A stretch of DNA of 64,000 nt, taken from positions 37,520,304 to 37,584,303 of the forward strand of contig NC_092671.1 in the NCBI RefSeq assembly GCF_964355755.1, written 5' to 3'. Position numbers and translations under genes: made by a program. Positions 23,388-37,800 of the stretch are shown here, in pieces. The first letter of the stretch is position 1; every line of letters begins with the position of its first letter. Under the pieces are notes generated by a model. That model saw only the letters and a list, made by a program, of their open reading frames with translations, searched no databases and was not told the origin of the DNA. The stretch is from Antedon mediterranea (taxonomy: Eukaryota > Animalia > Echinodermata).

Positions 23388-23846
23388 ACTTCCTCTCCCA
23401 TGGGGGTAAACTACGTCACCACAATGATGTCTTCCTCTCCCATGGGGGTAAACTACGTCACCACAATGAAGACTTCCTCTCCCATGGGGGTAAACTACGT
23501 CACCACAATGAAGACTTCCTCTCCCATGGGGGTAAATTACGTCACCACAATGAAGACTTCCTCTCCCATGGGGGTAAACTATGTCACCACAATGAAGACT
23601 TCCTCTCCCATGGGGGTAAACTACGTCACCACAATGAAGACTTCCTCTCCCATGGGGGTAAACTACGTCACCACAATGAAGACTTCCTCTCTCATGGGGG
23701 TAAACTACGTCACCACAATGAAGACTTCCTCTCCCATGGGGGTAAACTACGTTACCACAATGAAGACTTCCTCTCCCATGGGGGTAAACTACGTCACCAC
23801 AATGAAGACTTCCTCTCCCATGGGGGTAAACTACGTCACCACAATG
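23388..23846. repeat. 42-bp VNTR, ~11 near-identical units
   Basis: Unit CACAATGAAGACTTCCTCTCCCATGGGGGTAAACTACGTCAC; no spacers. Confidence 0.97.
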
Positions 23847-23852
23847 AATGAC

Positions 23853-24270
23853 ATTCAATTCAATTAAATTCAAGTGATTTTATTTACTTCAATAAAGACA
23901 AGATGAAGGTAACAAAATATAATAATACTATAATATAAATAAAATAACAGTTGAAGAAGGCATGTTAAAAAAAGCATAATGCTTGCGGGAGACATGCCTA
24001 AAGACAAATATGGTTTTTAAACAGACAGATAAAAAAGAAAAGAAAAAATAAAAATACATAAATAAAATACATAAACATAGGTAAACGGTCGTCTTGGGTA
24101 AACATGTTGAAGTTTACAATATAGACCTATATAAGAGGCATAATATTTATAAAATAATATTTGGATAATATACCTTTTAAGTTTAAAAGAAAAGCTTTTC
24201 ATAGATGCAGCATCTTTAGTAATAGAATGTAGTTTATTCCATAGCTTGGGTCCAATAAATCTTGTTATAT
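23853..24270 (-). mobile_element. LINE 3' end fragment
   Basis: Minus strand reads FIGPKLWNKL..SFSFKLKRY; stem-loop AGGCATGT..ACATGCCT; (TTGAA)n tail. A sibling 3' end lies at ~41683-41900. Confidence 0.8.
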
Positions 24271-24543
24271 TGAAATGATGTTTTTTATGAAGTGATACCG
24301 GATATGCTATGCATGTGTCTTGTGATGATGAATGAATCTTGTATTCGCAATGTAAATAGAGGGGTCAAAGAATATTCTGTAAGAAGTAGACAACCCATTG
24401 ATTGCTTTTATTATCGTTTTGTTGCACTTCTGAGATACATACTAAACATATCATTGGAAACAGATCGATAATCTGGTGAGTGAGTGAGCATGCGCAGTGT
24501 TCGCATCAAGACGATGTCTAACTCGGTTACCTATTAAATATAA

Positions 24544-24722
24544 AGCGTGGTTCCCACTAGCGACGCAACGCAAGGACGTAACGCAACGCAAGTGAATTTA
24601 CAAATCAAAAGCGATGGCTTATTCGCTTGTGATTGCTAACTGTCTATAACTTCGCTTGTCATTGGTTAACCCGCTTGCGTTGCGTTTACGTCCTTGCGTT
24701 ACGTTCTAGTGGGAACCACGCT
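24544..24722. mobile_element. PIF/Harbinger-like fold-back MITE
   Basis: TIR AGCGTGGTTCCCACTAG; TAA TSD on both sides; internal inverted CGCAACGCAAG repeats. Confidence 0.88.
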
Positions 24723-25679
24723 TAAGTAATTATAACAGGTTTGTTTACACTCTATACTTGAGAGCATCTGATACTCAGTGTGAAGTTTCGATAAGGTATT
24801 TTATATCCGTTTGAACATGTTCACGCTTGATAAAGTGACTGATTTATCAATTTAATAATTCTAATAGCCTAGTGTTATTAATTAGATTACGTGCAATGGA
24901 ACGTGTGGATAGTACACTAATGCACTGGAGAATATTGGATTTACGCATCATTATTGATATTTCAATATTTTGATTTCCAATATTCAAGACATTACTCCTT
25001 TTATTATTTAAGGAAGATCCTAAATTATTTATTCATACAAATTATAATATTATACTATTAGTGTGTTGTGTGTGTGTTAATTGTGGGGGGGGGGGGGGGG
25101 GGGGGGGTTAGTGTTAGAGGGAGGGGAGAGTTTCTTCCTTCCTTATTTTAATAAGGACAATTGCAAATTATTTATAGATTATAATATTAGTGTGTTGTGT
25201 ATATTATTGGGGGAGGGTGGGCGGGTGGGGGGGGGGGGGGTTATGCATGTCTAACATACATTTTGTATTTGTTGTTGTAACGTTGTATTTTATTCGGACT
25301 ATTAGAAAAACCCATTATGGACAACAAACGGAAATAAGATAATATATTAATATCATTGTTGAGTCATGACGTGAGTATTGAATGCGGTTAAGGAAGAGAA
25401 ATTGTTTAATTTTATTTTTACTTTATTTTTGGATCAAATACTCTTTCAAATAAGCAAAATATCATTTTATTTAACTGTGTTCAGAAATATAGTTAATACC
25501 AAACGATTTGTTGTTGTTATATATTTCCACTTTCTGTCGCTAATTAAGCTCATATTTGTTATTATGTTGCAGAGGTTCCTTAAGACTTAGACTGTGCCTT
25601 AGTGAGGAGCCTCTGACGGAAATATTGAAAAAAAGAAAATACTCATACCATAGGACTTGAATAAAATGTTAAAGCCTAA

Positions 25680-25880
25680 ATCCTGTTTTCCTGTCGACGC
25701 TATCGTCATTTATCGTTAACAATTCAAAGACGATCGTTAGAAAACGATCAAGTTGAAATTATAACGATAGAGAGTATACGGTACTTTTCCTGTAAATCGT
25801 TTAAACGTTTCAATGTTTACGTAGAAGATTGCCGATATTGTTAACGATAGCTTCGAATAACATCGACAGGAAAACAGGCT
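25680..25880. mobile_element. PIF/Harbinger-like MITE
   Basis: TIR A(T/G)CCTGTTTTCCTGTCGA; TAA/TTA flanks; internal AACGAT repeats. Confidence 0.75.
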
Positions 25881-28800
25881 TTAGTTATAGTTGAAGCAAT
25901 TAACTATAGTTAGTTATATGTTGCAGAAGCTCCTCGAGACTAAGGCTGTACCTTGTGAGGAGCCTCTGGATATATAGGCATAGAATACAAAAGTGTGCGT
26001 GATTCTATAAGCCTAATTACTGCACTTTTTGAAAATCACTTCCGATTTTAACTCCTATACTAGATATAATATTATCATCTGTTTTGGTTGGTTATTTGGT
26101 GATCATACAGCACAGTCCTTGTTGACTTTTATGCATATAAACGTACTCGTTACACATCACACATCATTTACGTTTTGTCATCAAATTGTAAATTACATTT
26201 TTCGTCATTTTTATGTGTTCGTAAGATTATCGAATAATATTGTGACATGATTTCGAATTCGTCGTATTCATCATATCTATACCTTTACAGAAAGTTCAAT
26301 TTGGAGGCTATGCTTAGTTAAGATATGAAATTGATTTGTTTATGATTTAGAATTTTATGTTGATTATTTCACAAAATTGACGCGTAAAAAACATCGTACT
26401 TAACAGACGAGCGGTAACGGTAAGCGGCAAAAATCTGTATCTTTCCTGACCGAAAAGTAGTTCATTCATTCATTCAGGCTTATCGCCTGACTTTATTTAC
26501 TTTAGGCCTCTGGCCCCTAGTCATTAACAAAATAATAATTACATTGAAAAATAAAGCAATTTATGGTCACAAGATAAATGAATTAGTTAATTTCGTTCTC
26601 TAAGCAAAACATATATCTTAACTTATAAGCATGATAAATATATTTAGATAGATTATCAATAATTATTGGATCCTGTGATGACATTAAACGGCAGAATTTA
26701 AAAGTATTTGGATTTTCAAAAAATAAAGAAGGTATACATTTTTTCTGATTTCCTTGTAACGAGAGCAAACCGTAACAAAATGATATTCAGTAGTAGTAAG
26801 TAGACACGTAATAATTATGTTAAACTATTTTTAAACGGTTGATTTGCACTCATGCGGAAGTAGTAGAGCAGTGTCATACCACTACCATATGTGGGCATAT
26901 CACTACCATATTTGGGTACATCACACTTTTTTTGTCAAACTAGTTTGATAGCGTAGTTAGACAGAGCTTAATCCTATACAAAACTGATTGCAGCCCCACG
27001 TTAAAATGAGTGAGCGAAATGTGTTCATACTTCTCACAAGCCTCTCCTGTATAAGATTGTAATAATATGCAAAACACCATAGCAATGCAAAAATAATACA
27101 GTTCAGTACTGTATTAATAAAATGGATGACAAGCAGTGTGAACATCATACTGTATATGATTTATGAAATAAAAATGCCACAGAGCCTAAATATACTTATT
27201 TCGGTAGATAAACCTAAAACAAATTCGTATTCTTGTCATATATTCAATTTGTAATTGTAACTTAATTTTACGTTCCACCTCTGATGTATTTTGCCCATTG
27301 AACAATTTGATCAATATTATCTGTATTACAATTAAATCGGTGACGCTAGAGTTCTTACGGAAGTTACCATACTTATACCATTCTCTCACGGGTAACTACT
27401 GTACATTGTTACTAATACAAATTATTTAATACCAGTATACACTTAATCATGTTTACAGTTTACGTGTGTTTAGTCAGGTTGTAGCTGCAAGGTGCCCGTG
27501 TCATCAGAGTCAATATTAATCTTAGATATTACGTAACTTGACCCTCTGGATTTATGTTTTAAATAATCAATAGCTCTTTCCAGCTCTCATGATATGTTAG
27601 AATTATTGTATACGATATCCTCTGACAATATGAAATATTTGTCTAGCGCCCCCTATAAATTCCAAAGCTGTATCGTTTGTCCTATTAAAGTGTGTTCAAT
27701 TCAACTTTATTAACGAACAAACAAAATACAATTTCAACAATGTCTCAATTTTATGTACAGTATAAATATATTTTAAAAAGTATTATTGAAGTCTAAAACG
27801 AAATTTTCCAGGTATTAATTATTGTTGTTGCCCCAACACGAATACTAAAATGAAAATAAATTATAAAGATAAATTATAAACACCTTTTAAATTCTTTTGG
27901 TTATAAATCCATTTCTATATAATACAATGTAAGCCCAGGTATAAAAATACCTCCCTGGTAGGCCTACGCGAGCTACTATGCATTTTAAAAATGTGTATTT
28001 TACTAGTTTAGGCATTTTAATATGAATGTTGACTTTTGTTGTGGGAACAGAACAATGGAGATAGTGCTAAAAATAACCGTAATCAAGAAATTAAAGAAAA
28101 AACTCAAACAAGCCATACTATATACTATTAAAGCGATTCTAAAAGTTTTCTAACTATAGTGGGCGCTATTGATGTTGTGATTGCTTATATCCGCATGCTT
28201 AGCACACATCTAATTGTACGCATGTCCGAAGTGGTCGAGCGCGATATGCAAGTTTTGGAATAAGCAGACGATAAGAACGTACTTTTTGGAATGTTTCCCG
28301 CCGTTTTACGGCAATCATCAAGGCTCGGTGGTCAAGGGGACTCAGTCGATGACCATCAGGTAGGTTTGAACATTTTATTGCTTATTTTACGAGATTCGTA
28401 AACATGTAGGCCTACATTACATAAAATTATTATTAGGCCTATTATTTTACCATTCATGTAAACATACGTCACAGGCTTAAAGCAGGAGGAGAACTGATGC
28501 CTGGTGTACGAAAATTTAGAGTAGGACCAGAAGCCTCTGTTGGAGGCCTAGTGACTCCACCTACGGTAATACCAACAACCTCGTCCCTCTCCCACATTTG
28601 CAACACTCATTCATATTATTCATATTATAAATTAATATTCTTTATCCACAAATTCAGTCAAATTCTTTAATCAAGTGACAAATTAATATTTTTAAAATCT
28701 TATTAATTACACGAGCTTTAAAAAATCTGTTAATTTCCCCTTCTTCTCAAAGATTTACCAATAAAGACATTATCATCATTGAAACATTCAAACTCAAATT

Positions 28801-31800
28801 AAATTTGCAGTTTGATGTTTTTTTTTAATTTTCAATTTCGCCATTTTCCAGCCAAATTCTTTAATCAAATGACAAATTAATATTTATAATACAATTTGGC
28901 AAATATCTGTTAATTTTCCAATTTTTCGTAAAAATGTACCAATCTTCATTGAGAATTTCAAACTGAGCAAATTAAATTTGCAGTTTGATGTTTTTTTGAT
29001 TTTCAATTTCACCATTTTCCAGTTGGCTGCAAAATGAAAATTATGACTTGGTAATCCTCAGCAGATGTTTTCACCCAGAGGATTTCTCCATTGTTACAGA
29101 TGAACGAGTTCTAATCACAAAAAAATCTTTCAGCTGACAAGATAAATCTACTTTACTTATTATTTAACCTGTATAAAATAATAAATGGTTATTTTACACA
29201 TTTTTTTTGTGTACTTTGAATAACCATATTGGAACAAAGTTTGAATTTTAAACTTTTCACATTCACAAATATTTACCTTTTATTAACATAACATCTCTTT
29301 TTTCATCTCTTAAACAAACAAAAACATGCGAGGAGTAAAACTGATTTATTGTTAATGTTATTTGCGGTTTAAAGCTTCTTTTTCATTAATTTTATAAACC
29401 TTTTTCTAATTTATATTTTGCAATTTATTGACCATAGCAACACATACAGTATAGGAAACCCCTTTGTGGACCTATCTCTTATAGTCAAACTTCAACAACC
29501 CATCACGATTTTCGTCCTTGGCTGTAGTATTGTATACGGTACTTACCTTTAGTGATTCTTACCTTTAGTGATTAAAAGATGCTGTGAGCTTAATGCTCGT
29601 AATATACAATACAATACAATACTACTGAATAACTCAAAGCAAATTTAAAAAAAAATACCTGTACCTTAAACACTATAAATTCTTATTCTAAATATTTCTT
29701 ATACAAAACATTAGCACAAATAAAAAAGCTTGTAATTACTATATAACATGCAGTATTATAATGTAATTTGAAACTAAAAATGATATTAGAAGTTTTAGTA
29801 AAATTCAAATTCTCTGCTCTGCTGAATGAAGTATTAGTAATGTGGTTAACATGCCATTTTTTGCATTTTAAAGCAAAAAAATATTTTTTTCTACAGATGG
29901 CGCACAATACTTATTTAGTGTTATTTATAGGACCAAGAAATCTTAAAAGATAAACAACAAATAATACTTTTTAATGTCCTAAATTTAAAGTACTTCTCAT
30001 GATTATAGGCCTATTATTTAATATTTGATTGTTGTTATAGTTGCTATAACAACCCGTAGAAAATGATCAAAATGAAGAACTTGTATTTTTATTATCTAGG
30101 GTTCTGCGTCGATATCACGATTAAATGCAAGTTACACACAGCTCGGCACCACAAGCACTGCTCAAAAAGTTGTTGCGGTAAGAAACAAAATTTTCCAACC
30201 TCATATAGAATTGACATTCAAATGCTGTCTTTAATGTATTTAATTTATAGTACCTGTACAACTATCGATATATTTGACAATTATTAAAGCTAGATTATAT
30301 ATAGTTTACAGTATGTCTAGTATAAAGTGTCAAATTGGAAATTGGCAGATCCTGAATTTTGTTATCTGTACCAGGTCTTCCTCCACCCCAGATCCCACGA
30401 ATCTATTGTCATCCGTCTCAGCTTTGGATATTAACCTGTGTGTCCAGCATCAAGCTAATCACAATTTATATATTGTCATAAACCATTCTACCTTTATTTT
30501 TATTTATTTAATTATTGTACTAATGTAATAATCTCTTTGTCATCTCTATTTTGTTAATGGTGGTCTCTGCTTAAAGTCTATTTCTAGACTTATCGTGACC
30601 GGCTTCTATATTTATAAATATTCAATGATTTTATTAAGAAAATTATGTATTATTTGTGGAAACTAATAAACAACAACCTACCCATTAAATTTGGTTTAAG
30701 ACGGTAGATGGAGAAGTTAATTTAAGTGACTGTGACGATTGAGGAACGTAGACAGTATACACATCCGATGTGTTCAATTACCGCTTCTTTAGTTACTGTC
30801 CCCCTTCAATCACGCCTCCTTAAGTTACCGTCCCCTTCAATCACCGCTTCCTTCAGTTACCGCTTCCTTCAGTTACCGTCCCAAACAAAGGCTAAAATAT
30901 GGGAAGAACTAATCCACTGGTTTAGATCTACAGTACTTGTTTATAGTTAGTCGTCGTGTTTCTCGGCAATATATTACGTCAAGTTAAATTACAATACTGA
31001 CTGCCAACTATGGGTTTCATCTGCAACACTTAAAATTCACTCCAACTCTTAAAAATTCATTTCACCTCTTAAAATTCACTCCAAATCTTAAAATTCACTC
31101 CACCTGAGCTTCCTGTATGCAAGAATTTCCTGTTTATTTACAATATATAGAAATATAATTATGATGATCATGTCTGTGGTTTATTATCAGAAGTGGAGCT
31201 TAAGTATCATTAAATACCAGTGTGAGAACATGACTAACATGATTAATAGTTTTCTGTTTTTCAACTGGCGTTACTTTTTGAGTTCTGCCCTCTTCCTTCA
31301 TTTTACTATTTATATTGGATATTTGTTGTTATTTTACTGCGGAAGAAAATAAATTTGATTTGATTTGATGACGACTTAATTTGTTTGGTATTGTAACATT
31401 AAATGTTGACAATCAATCCAACATTGTAATAACACCATCAAATAGCTTGTTCACCATCGGAATTTAATCGAATGTAAGCCATGTCTGTTTGACTTTAAGA
31501 GCTTAATAAGACCTTGGATAGTACATTTCGTAACATAACTAATTTAAGTTCGTTACAAATTAGAATGCACTTGTGCGAGTCAATGCAGCTTTTCCTTCCG
31601 TTTAGATTATCCACAAAACAATGAAATGCTCAGATATCAATACATTTGAATTAAATATGAAGACTTCAAGAACAATGCATACAACAAAGCAGAAGAAATG
31701 AATATTCACATATCGTCATCAGGCACAGATTTGTAGCTAGGCCATTGGAATTACTGAAATAATTTTTTATTATATTTATTCTTTATTATATGTGATATTT

Positions 31801-34800
31801 ATTCAATTTCACAATAGATGAAAATCTCATTTAATCTTCTTCGTTCATTTGATTATTAAATTGAAAGAATATCGCACCAGCAGTGAATATATATTTAACA
31901 ATTAAAAACAACTTTTTAAAATCAACCACTTTTGTAAAATAACGTCTATTTGATTTTACAAGAAGGAGTTTACATACTCCCATATTATTTTCTTACATCT
32001 TATATTGCTTAAATAGTATAGTATAAAGATCTGTCTATCCTATCAAACTATCATGTGCCATATAGGGTAGTGATATGCCTAAATATAGTAGTGATATGAC
32101 ATCATGTCCATATATGGGCATATCACATTTTTTTGTGACATAAAGTTTGACAGTATAGACAGACATTTAAACTGAATGATGATGATCAATTAAAGATCGA
32201 AACGTTGAATCGTACCTTGCCCAGTCTGTATTGTTTTGTATACCATTTTAAATTTGATAAAAATACATTGAAATAAACTTATTGAATTTAACAATTTGTA
32301 AAATACTTTCCCATATGTAAATTTATTCAACTTGTATTTTAACAAAAAGTCAATACTGCAATTGCATAATTTGGGTTGTATTTAATTAAAACCTGTGAAT
32401 GCCAATGTTTATCTTACTCGTTGTTGAAGGAAACCATCACCAGGAACAGCAGCAGAGCATTAGTTGTATTGAATATCATGGACAATAATTCCTCCATGAT
32501 AGAATATAGTGATAAATTGCTGCAGAAAAAGTCATTAGACATTATGAGAGAATGCATTTGGCAAAGCCAGAACCGTCAGATGACCAATTAAATGTACAGT
32601 ACGTATCCAGCATACTGACCTAACTGGCCATCATAGTTGAACATTTACCATTTTCTTCTTTTATTATGCTGTGATATATACCAATACAAGGGCCATAGCC
32701 ACCAGTACGGTTGGTAAGGTTTCAGTCTATTTTGTGCCTGGCTTACCTAGATAAACCGACAATAGCCCTTTCTCCTCGAAGAGCGAGATATACCTTGAAA
32801 AAAAGAAATTTTCATTAAACACCCTCACTTCTACACTGTTGATTTATGTAACCTGACCACCTTTTCACAGTCTTGACAACCCAGTGGCTTGAACAGAGAT
32901 TTTTCCCTTATTTGCATAAACCGCACCACTTTATTTTTTGTGGCTATACATCACTGAATACAGATTTGTTTTATATTATCATTTCTGTTTTGGTTTTAGA
33001 AATATATATTTAGTTTACTGTGACTTCTATAGCGTTAGTAATCACATTTGGTTATACAAATTTAAGCATCTCTCCTTACAAATCCATTTACATTGATATG
33101 GTACATTGATATGGTGTTTCCACTGGAGATTTGCCATCAATGTGATGTCATTTTGTTATGCCTGATATACAGTACTGTATTATATAGATCTATGCTAATA
33201 TAATTTTACAGGCATTGAGAAACTCACTCATTGTCATGTACACTAAAACTTGATGTTAAACTGTTATGTGTATAAAATCTGCTGGCATCGTCAATTATGC
33301 AAATGATAGTAAAAATGCATAAAGTTACATAATTATGATATCATATTAATTACACAATTAATCCGGGCCTGCATACTAGCCATTCTTTCCCGACACACAG
33401 CCCCTTCCCCCTTCTACCGACACATTTTATTTTGTACCATCAATTATTATAATAGGCTTGTGATAAAAAAATGGCAGCCATTTTGGATGCCATCTTGGAT
33501 TTTAGGATGACCGCAGTAAATTTGCAACGGTACACCTCTGAATTATTTTTCTTAAGGGTGTACTATGTTTGTAGATAGGTGGCAATTGGGGCTCTCTAAG
33601 CTCTTGGGCCTCCGCTTATACCTTTAGTTTAGGCAAATAGGTAAGCCTAAATTACAGAGTGCATAAACTATATAAAAATAATCCTGCTGCCCTGATATTT
33701 CTATAGTACTGTAGGCCTACTGTAACTTGCAGTATAATATTAATAGTACCTTGCTGTGGCATTGTAATAAATCTATGCTAACTTATCTTAAACTTTGAAT
33801 TAAATTATAGTTTATAGATCTCGTTCTTACGCAGGTTCTCGCAGACAGATCTCACCTGTGTTGACAGAACCCAGGTGGGTAGCCTACTGTTAGAATTAGT
33901 AAATAGGCGCATGAGGTTAATTTAATGTGGAAAAATAGCAGCTTGCATTTAACGAAGAGAGCAGCAGGGAAGGGGCTTTGGTAACTAGCTAATGTCAATC
34001 TATCTCCTGTTGTATTTACACTGACATCTATCAAGTCTAATATTATTACAACTCTATCTATGATAACCAGTGAAGAAATTCATCCCATGTTACCACATAT
34101 CTAATTCACATGGCCTTAAGAAGTTAAGTTAAAGAAAAAATTAAGTCTGTTGCTACCATGTGATGTCGGGGGTTTGCGGAATGCTAAACATCGTTTTGTA
34201 TATTTTTTTTTTTTTTTTCGGTCTTTTCCGAAAAAAATTCAACGTTTATTTGAATTGTCTCGAAAAGAAATGACGATGGTTGTTTGCGATGATACTCCCA
34301 CTTGAGGGCAGTGTCCATTATATGATAGGGGTCTTTCATAAAATTGTACATACAAGATGTAGCTCTCCTCTCGAAGAGAATAGGCCAATGTTGGTTTATC
34401 CAGTGCTGACTACCAACATAACTTGAGGGTAGGGTTCATTATATGAAAGGGGTCTTTCATAAAATTTTATATATTCAAGTTGTAGCTCTCCTCTCGGAGA
34501 TAATAGGCCATTGTCGGTTTATCCTGGTAAGACTACCAACATAACACCACTTTTGGTTTGTGAAAATTGAATTTGAAAGATTCTAATAATAATATGCTTA
34601 TATGCTAATATGCTATTAGATGTAGGTTAGTTTACCCAGTATACTCACAGACCACGAACATCACAGTAATTATGGCTACTAATCAACTGAACTAAAATGT
34701 TTGGTAACCTTAATTATATATAATTATATACAAATTACCACTCTTTATATCAAAGCTGATGGTAATTCAGTTATAATAACTGAAATAATACAAGATTATA

Positions 34801-37800
34801 TCATTGATTTTATGAGAAATTTTATTAAATATTGTTAAAACAAGAGATGGATCATTGTTCACAAAATGACGATAATATTTTAAATTTAAATGTTTATGTC
34901 ACTTGATCCTTTTAACACGAGGTATCAAATAAAAATATTGAATCACGTTTTAGATTGGTTATTCTTATTTGCATTTAAAGTGTATCCATTATTGAAGTTA
35001 TATGCTTGTGAACTTAAATAGTAAAAATACGATATCCCCCTGGAGTTTCATCAGTAATGTGTGATAGTAACAGGGTTTTATTTGAAATCTGTTTATTCAT
35101 TGAATTATTACATTTCTCTATGTGAACTACAAGTGGTGATGCTCACATAAATGATGGGTTTAATGGGTTTTTATTTTATCTGCTTTCAACATCAATGACA
35201 AATAAACTGTTGAAAATATTAAATTATTGACAGTTATCAAGGATAGACAAAACACGTCTATCTTACCTGGATAAACCGACAAATGCCATATAGTTAGATA
35301 TACCCAAAAAGTAGAAAATTCATTGAACACCCCTCTCCATAAATGGTACATAATAGGCCTATCTTCAATGATGGATGTTTTTCTTTTAGATTTGCTTGTT
35401 AATTATGAAAACATTATAGTAATCAGTCAGAATTTCATTCCTAATTTGATTTCAACCTTTGAAATATTATATAAATAATGCAGGTACTTATAGGTGACTG
35501 CTACATACTGATAGTCATTGCATATGATTTATTGAACTTTGATAGTTTCTTTGGTTGTCTAGATTTGTTCAAACGTTGCTCAGCGAGGATATAAGTAGGT
35601 GAACTTATTTTGACTGTTAGTGGATCAAACAATTGTGTAATAGGGAGAGCCTAAAGCCCTGTCTACACTACTTTATCATACTTGATGTGACAAAAAAATG
35701 TGATGTGCCCATATATGGACATGATGATGTCATATCACTACCATATTTGAACATACTTGCTTAATATGCTTTTGTTTAAAATTAAATGTTTTAAATGTTT
35801 TTTGCACAATTTTTAAATTATCGTCCTAATTTTTTTGCAAATATACCAACTGATGCATACTATCGATTTTAAGCAACATACAGCAATATAGATTTTTCTG
35901 AAAATCAATAGTATTTTGCTAATGTTACAAAAACTAAAAATCTTTATTTTTTCGTTATCCTTATCTTCAATATACTGTATGGGCCATCAATATCTACATT
36001 TTGCCAAGAATTTTGTTTCTCAAGCTCTGTCTACACATCAAACTTTATGTGACAAAAAAAAATGGACATGATGATGTCATCACTACCATATTTGGGCATA
36101 TCACTACTATATTTGGGTACATCAAACTTTTTTGTTACATAAAGTTTGATTGTGTAGACAGAGCTTTAATTTGTATTTTTCTAGTTTTTATTGTTTCCCA
36201 GTATTAATAGAAACTGTAGGTTGTTCAACTTTTGAAGTCAGAAAGTAGGACTATTTAATCATATCAATAGTTTACAGTTTATAATTAGAACTGTTAAAGC
36301 TAATTGGATTCTTACCAATGTTTATGTTAAAGCACAAGCTGATTACAAGAGTTGAAGATATACATAGACTTTGCTTTCTGAAATGAGAATGTGTAAAAGA
36401 TTAAAATAAAGTTTTACTTGAGGTTTAAGTAGATTACTCTGAGGATATTTCAACAAATAAGCGTTGGCATTACAAGAGTCTAAAGCTAAAGAAATGATGC
36501 ATTGATATCTTTGGAAACTAAAGAACATTTCTTTAAAATGAATGAATTTTCTATTGACCCAAAGGTAAGTTAAATTGTATTACCGTATAGCAATAGACAA
36601 TAAAGCTCTGTGTACACTATCAAACTAGTTTGACAAAAAAAGTGTGATGTGTCCAAATATGGTAGTGATATGCTCAAATATGGTAGTGATATGACATCAC
36701 CATGTCCATATATAGGCACATCTCATTTTTGTTTTCCACATAAAATTTGATAGTGTAGACAAAGCTTCAGTTTAAATTTTGTTTTTTTCTACTTAATGAA
36801 CATTTTTAAAAATTAATGAATTTCTGGTGATAATATGAGTCAACGACATTTGGAACTACAGTACAGTAGTGTTTTTCTTTTGTTTACTGTGTATAGCTTT
36901 GATCTTTATTGAATATGATTATCATTGTACTATTTTTTAAAATATGTATACAGCATGATCATTTGAAAACGAAATGTTTGTTCAATGCATAGTCTTTTTG
37001 CTGTACCTACAGGCTAGAATCTATTAGTGTATTCCTCGTACTGTATGGGCGATTTTGTCAAAAGCCTTGTAAACATTTATTTTTCCTAATTGTGAAGATT
37101 AAAGTTGTAAGCTGTATTAGTTCACCAGCATAGTGAATGAAGAGTTTAGTTGTATTGCTTGTGGGCTTTTGATTTATTGTTATATTTGGTATGCTTGTCA
37201 TGGACAACATTGTTTTCATGTGGATTTACACTTCTAACGAGTGTGTAAATAGGTGCTATGCAGTACCATAATTATACAGATAGGAACATAAATTTTTTTT
37301 CATTTTTTATTGCACTTTTTTACATTATTGTAGCCTAGTTTTTATAGGTGTATGATCCACTTTTATAAGTTTTAATTTAATTTAATTATCAAACTGATAC
37401 TCGTTTCACCATTAAAGTATGTTTTTGTGACTGCACTTAACGTAGAATGCGTTATTACAAATTATATTAGGACATCGTCAATCTGTCATCCATGATAAAT
37501 GTTTCAATGTGTTCCACCACATAATGTAGATATTACAATCATTATTTTCATATCAAATTATTATTATTAGTTTATAAAATGAGCTTATAGTGAGTGAGGG
37601 ACCCAACACAAATGAGTGATCTAATGTTCCATGAACTGTCGCTCACTGCTTGCTATGCATCATTGACTCCACTTTGAAACACCTTCTGTTTAAAGTGATA
37701 TGTGTGACCATCGTGGGCAAGTACATGACAATCATGGGCAAGTACATGACAATCATGGGCAAGTACATGATTGGGCAAGTATGACGATCTTGAGCGAGAA

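Noticed and set aside
23289-23873. His/Cys-rich repeat ORFs, a CRISPR-like look, and a hammerhead-like look (aTGAAGA..CCCATGGG..tAAAC..GTC) in the 42-bp array
   Set aside because: A unit length divisible by 3 opens several frames trivially. There are no unique spacers or cas genes. Hammerhead C3 and G12 are absent and there is no stem I.
24440-24800. Possible spliced exons around an NRF1-like GCATGCGCA motif
   Set aside because: Splice-like motifs only; no coherent ORF or further support.
25084-25240. Poly-G runs as a functional G-quadruplex
   Set aside because: Simple homopolymers in a small local duplication; length is unreliable and there is no functional context.
32478-32498. CATGGA..TCCATG palindrome as a fourth P-like footprint
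   Set aside because: The flanks (TGAATAT / ATAGAAT) do not form a TSD.
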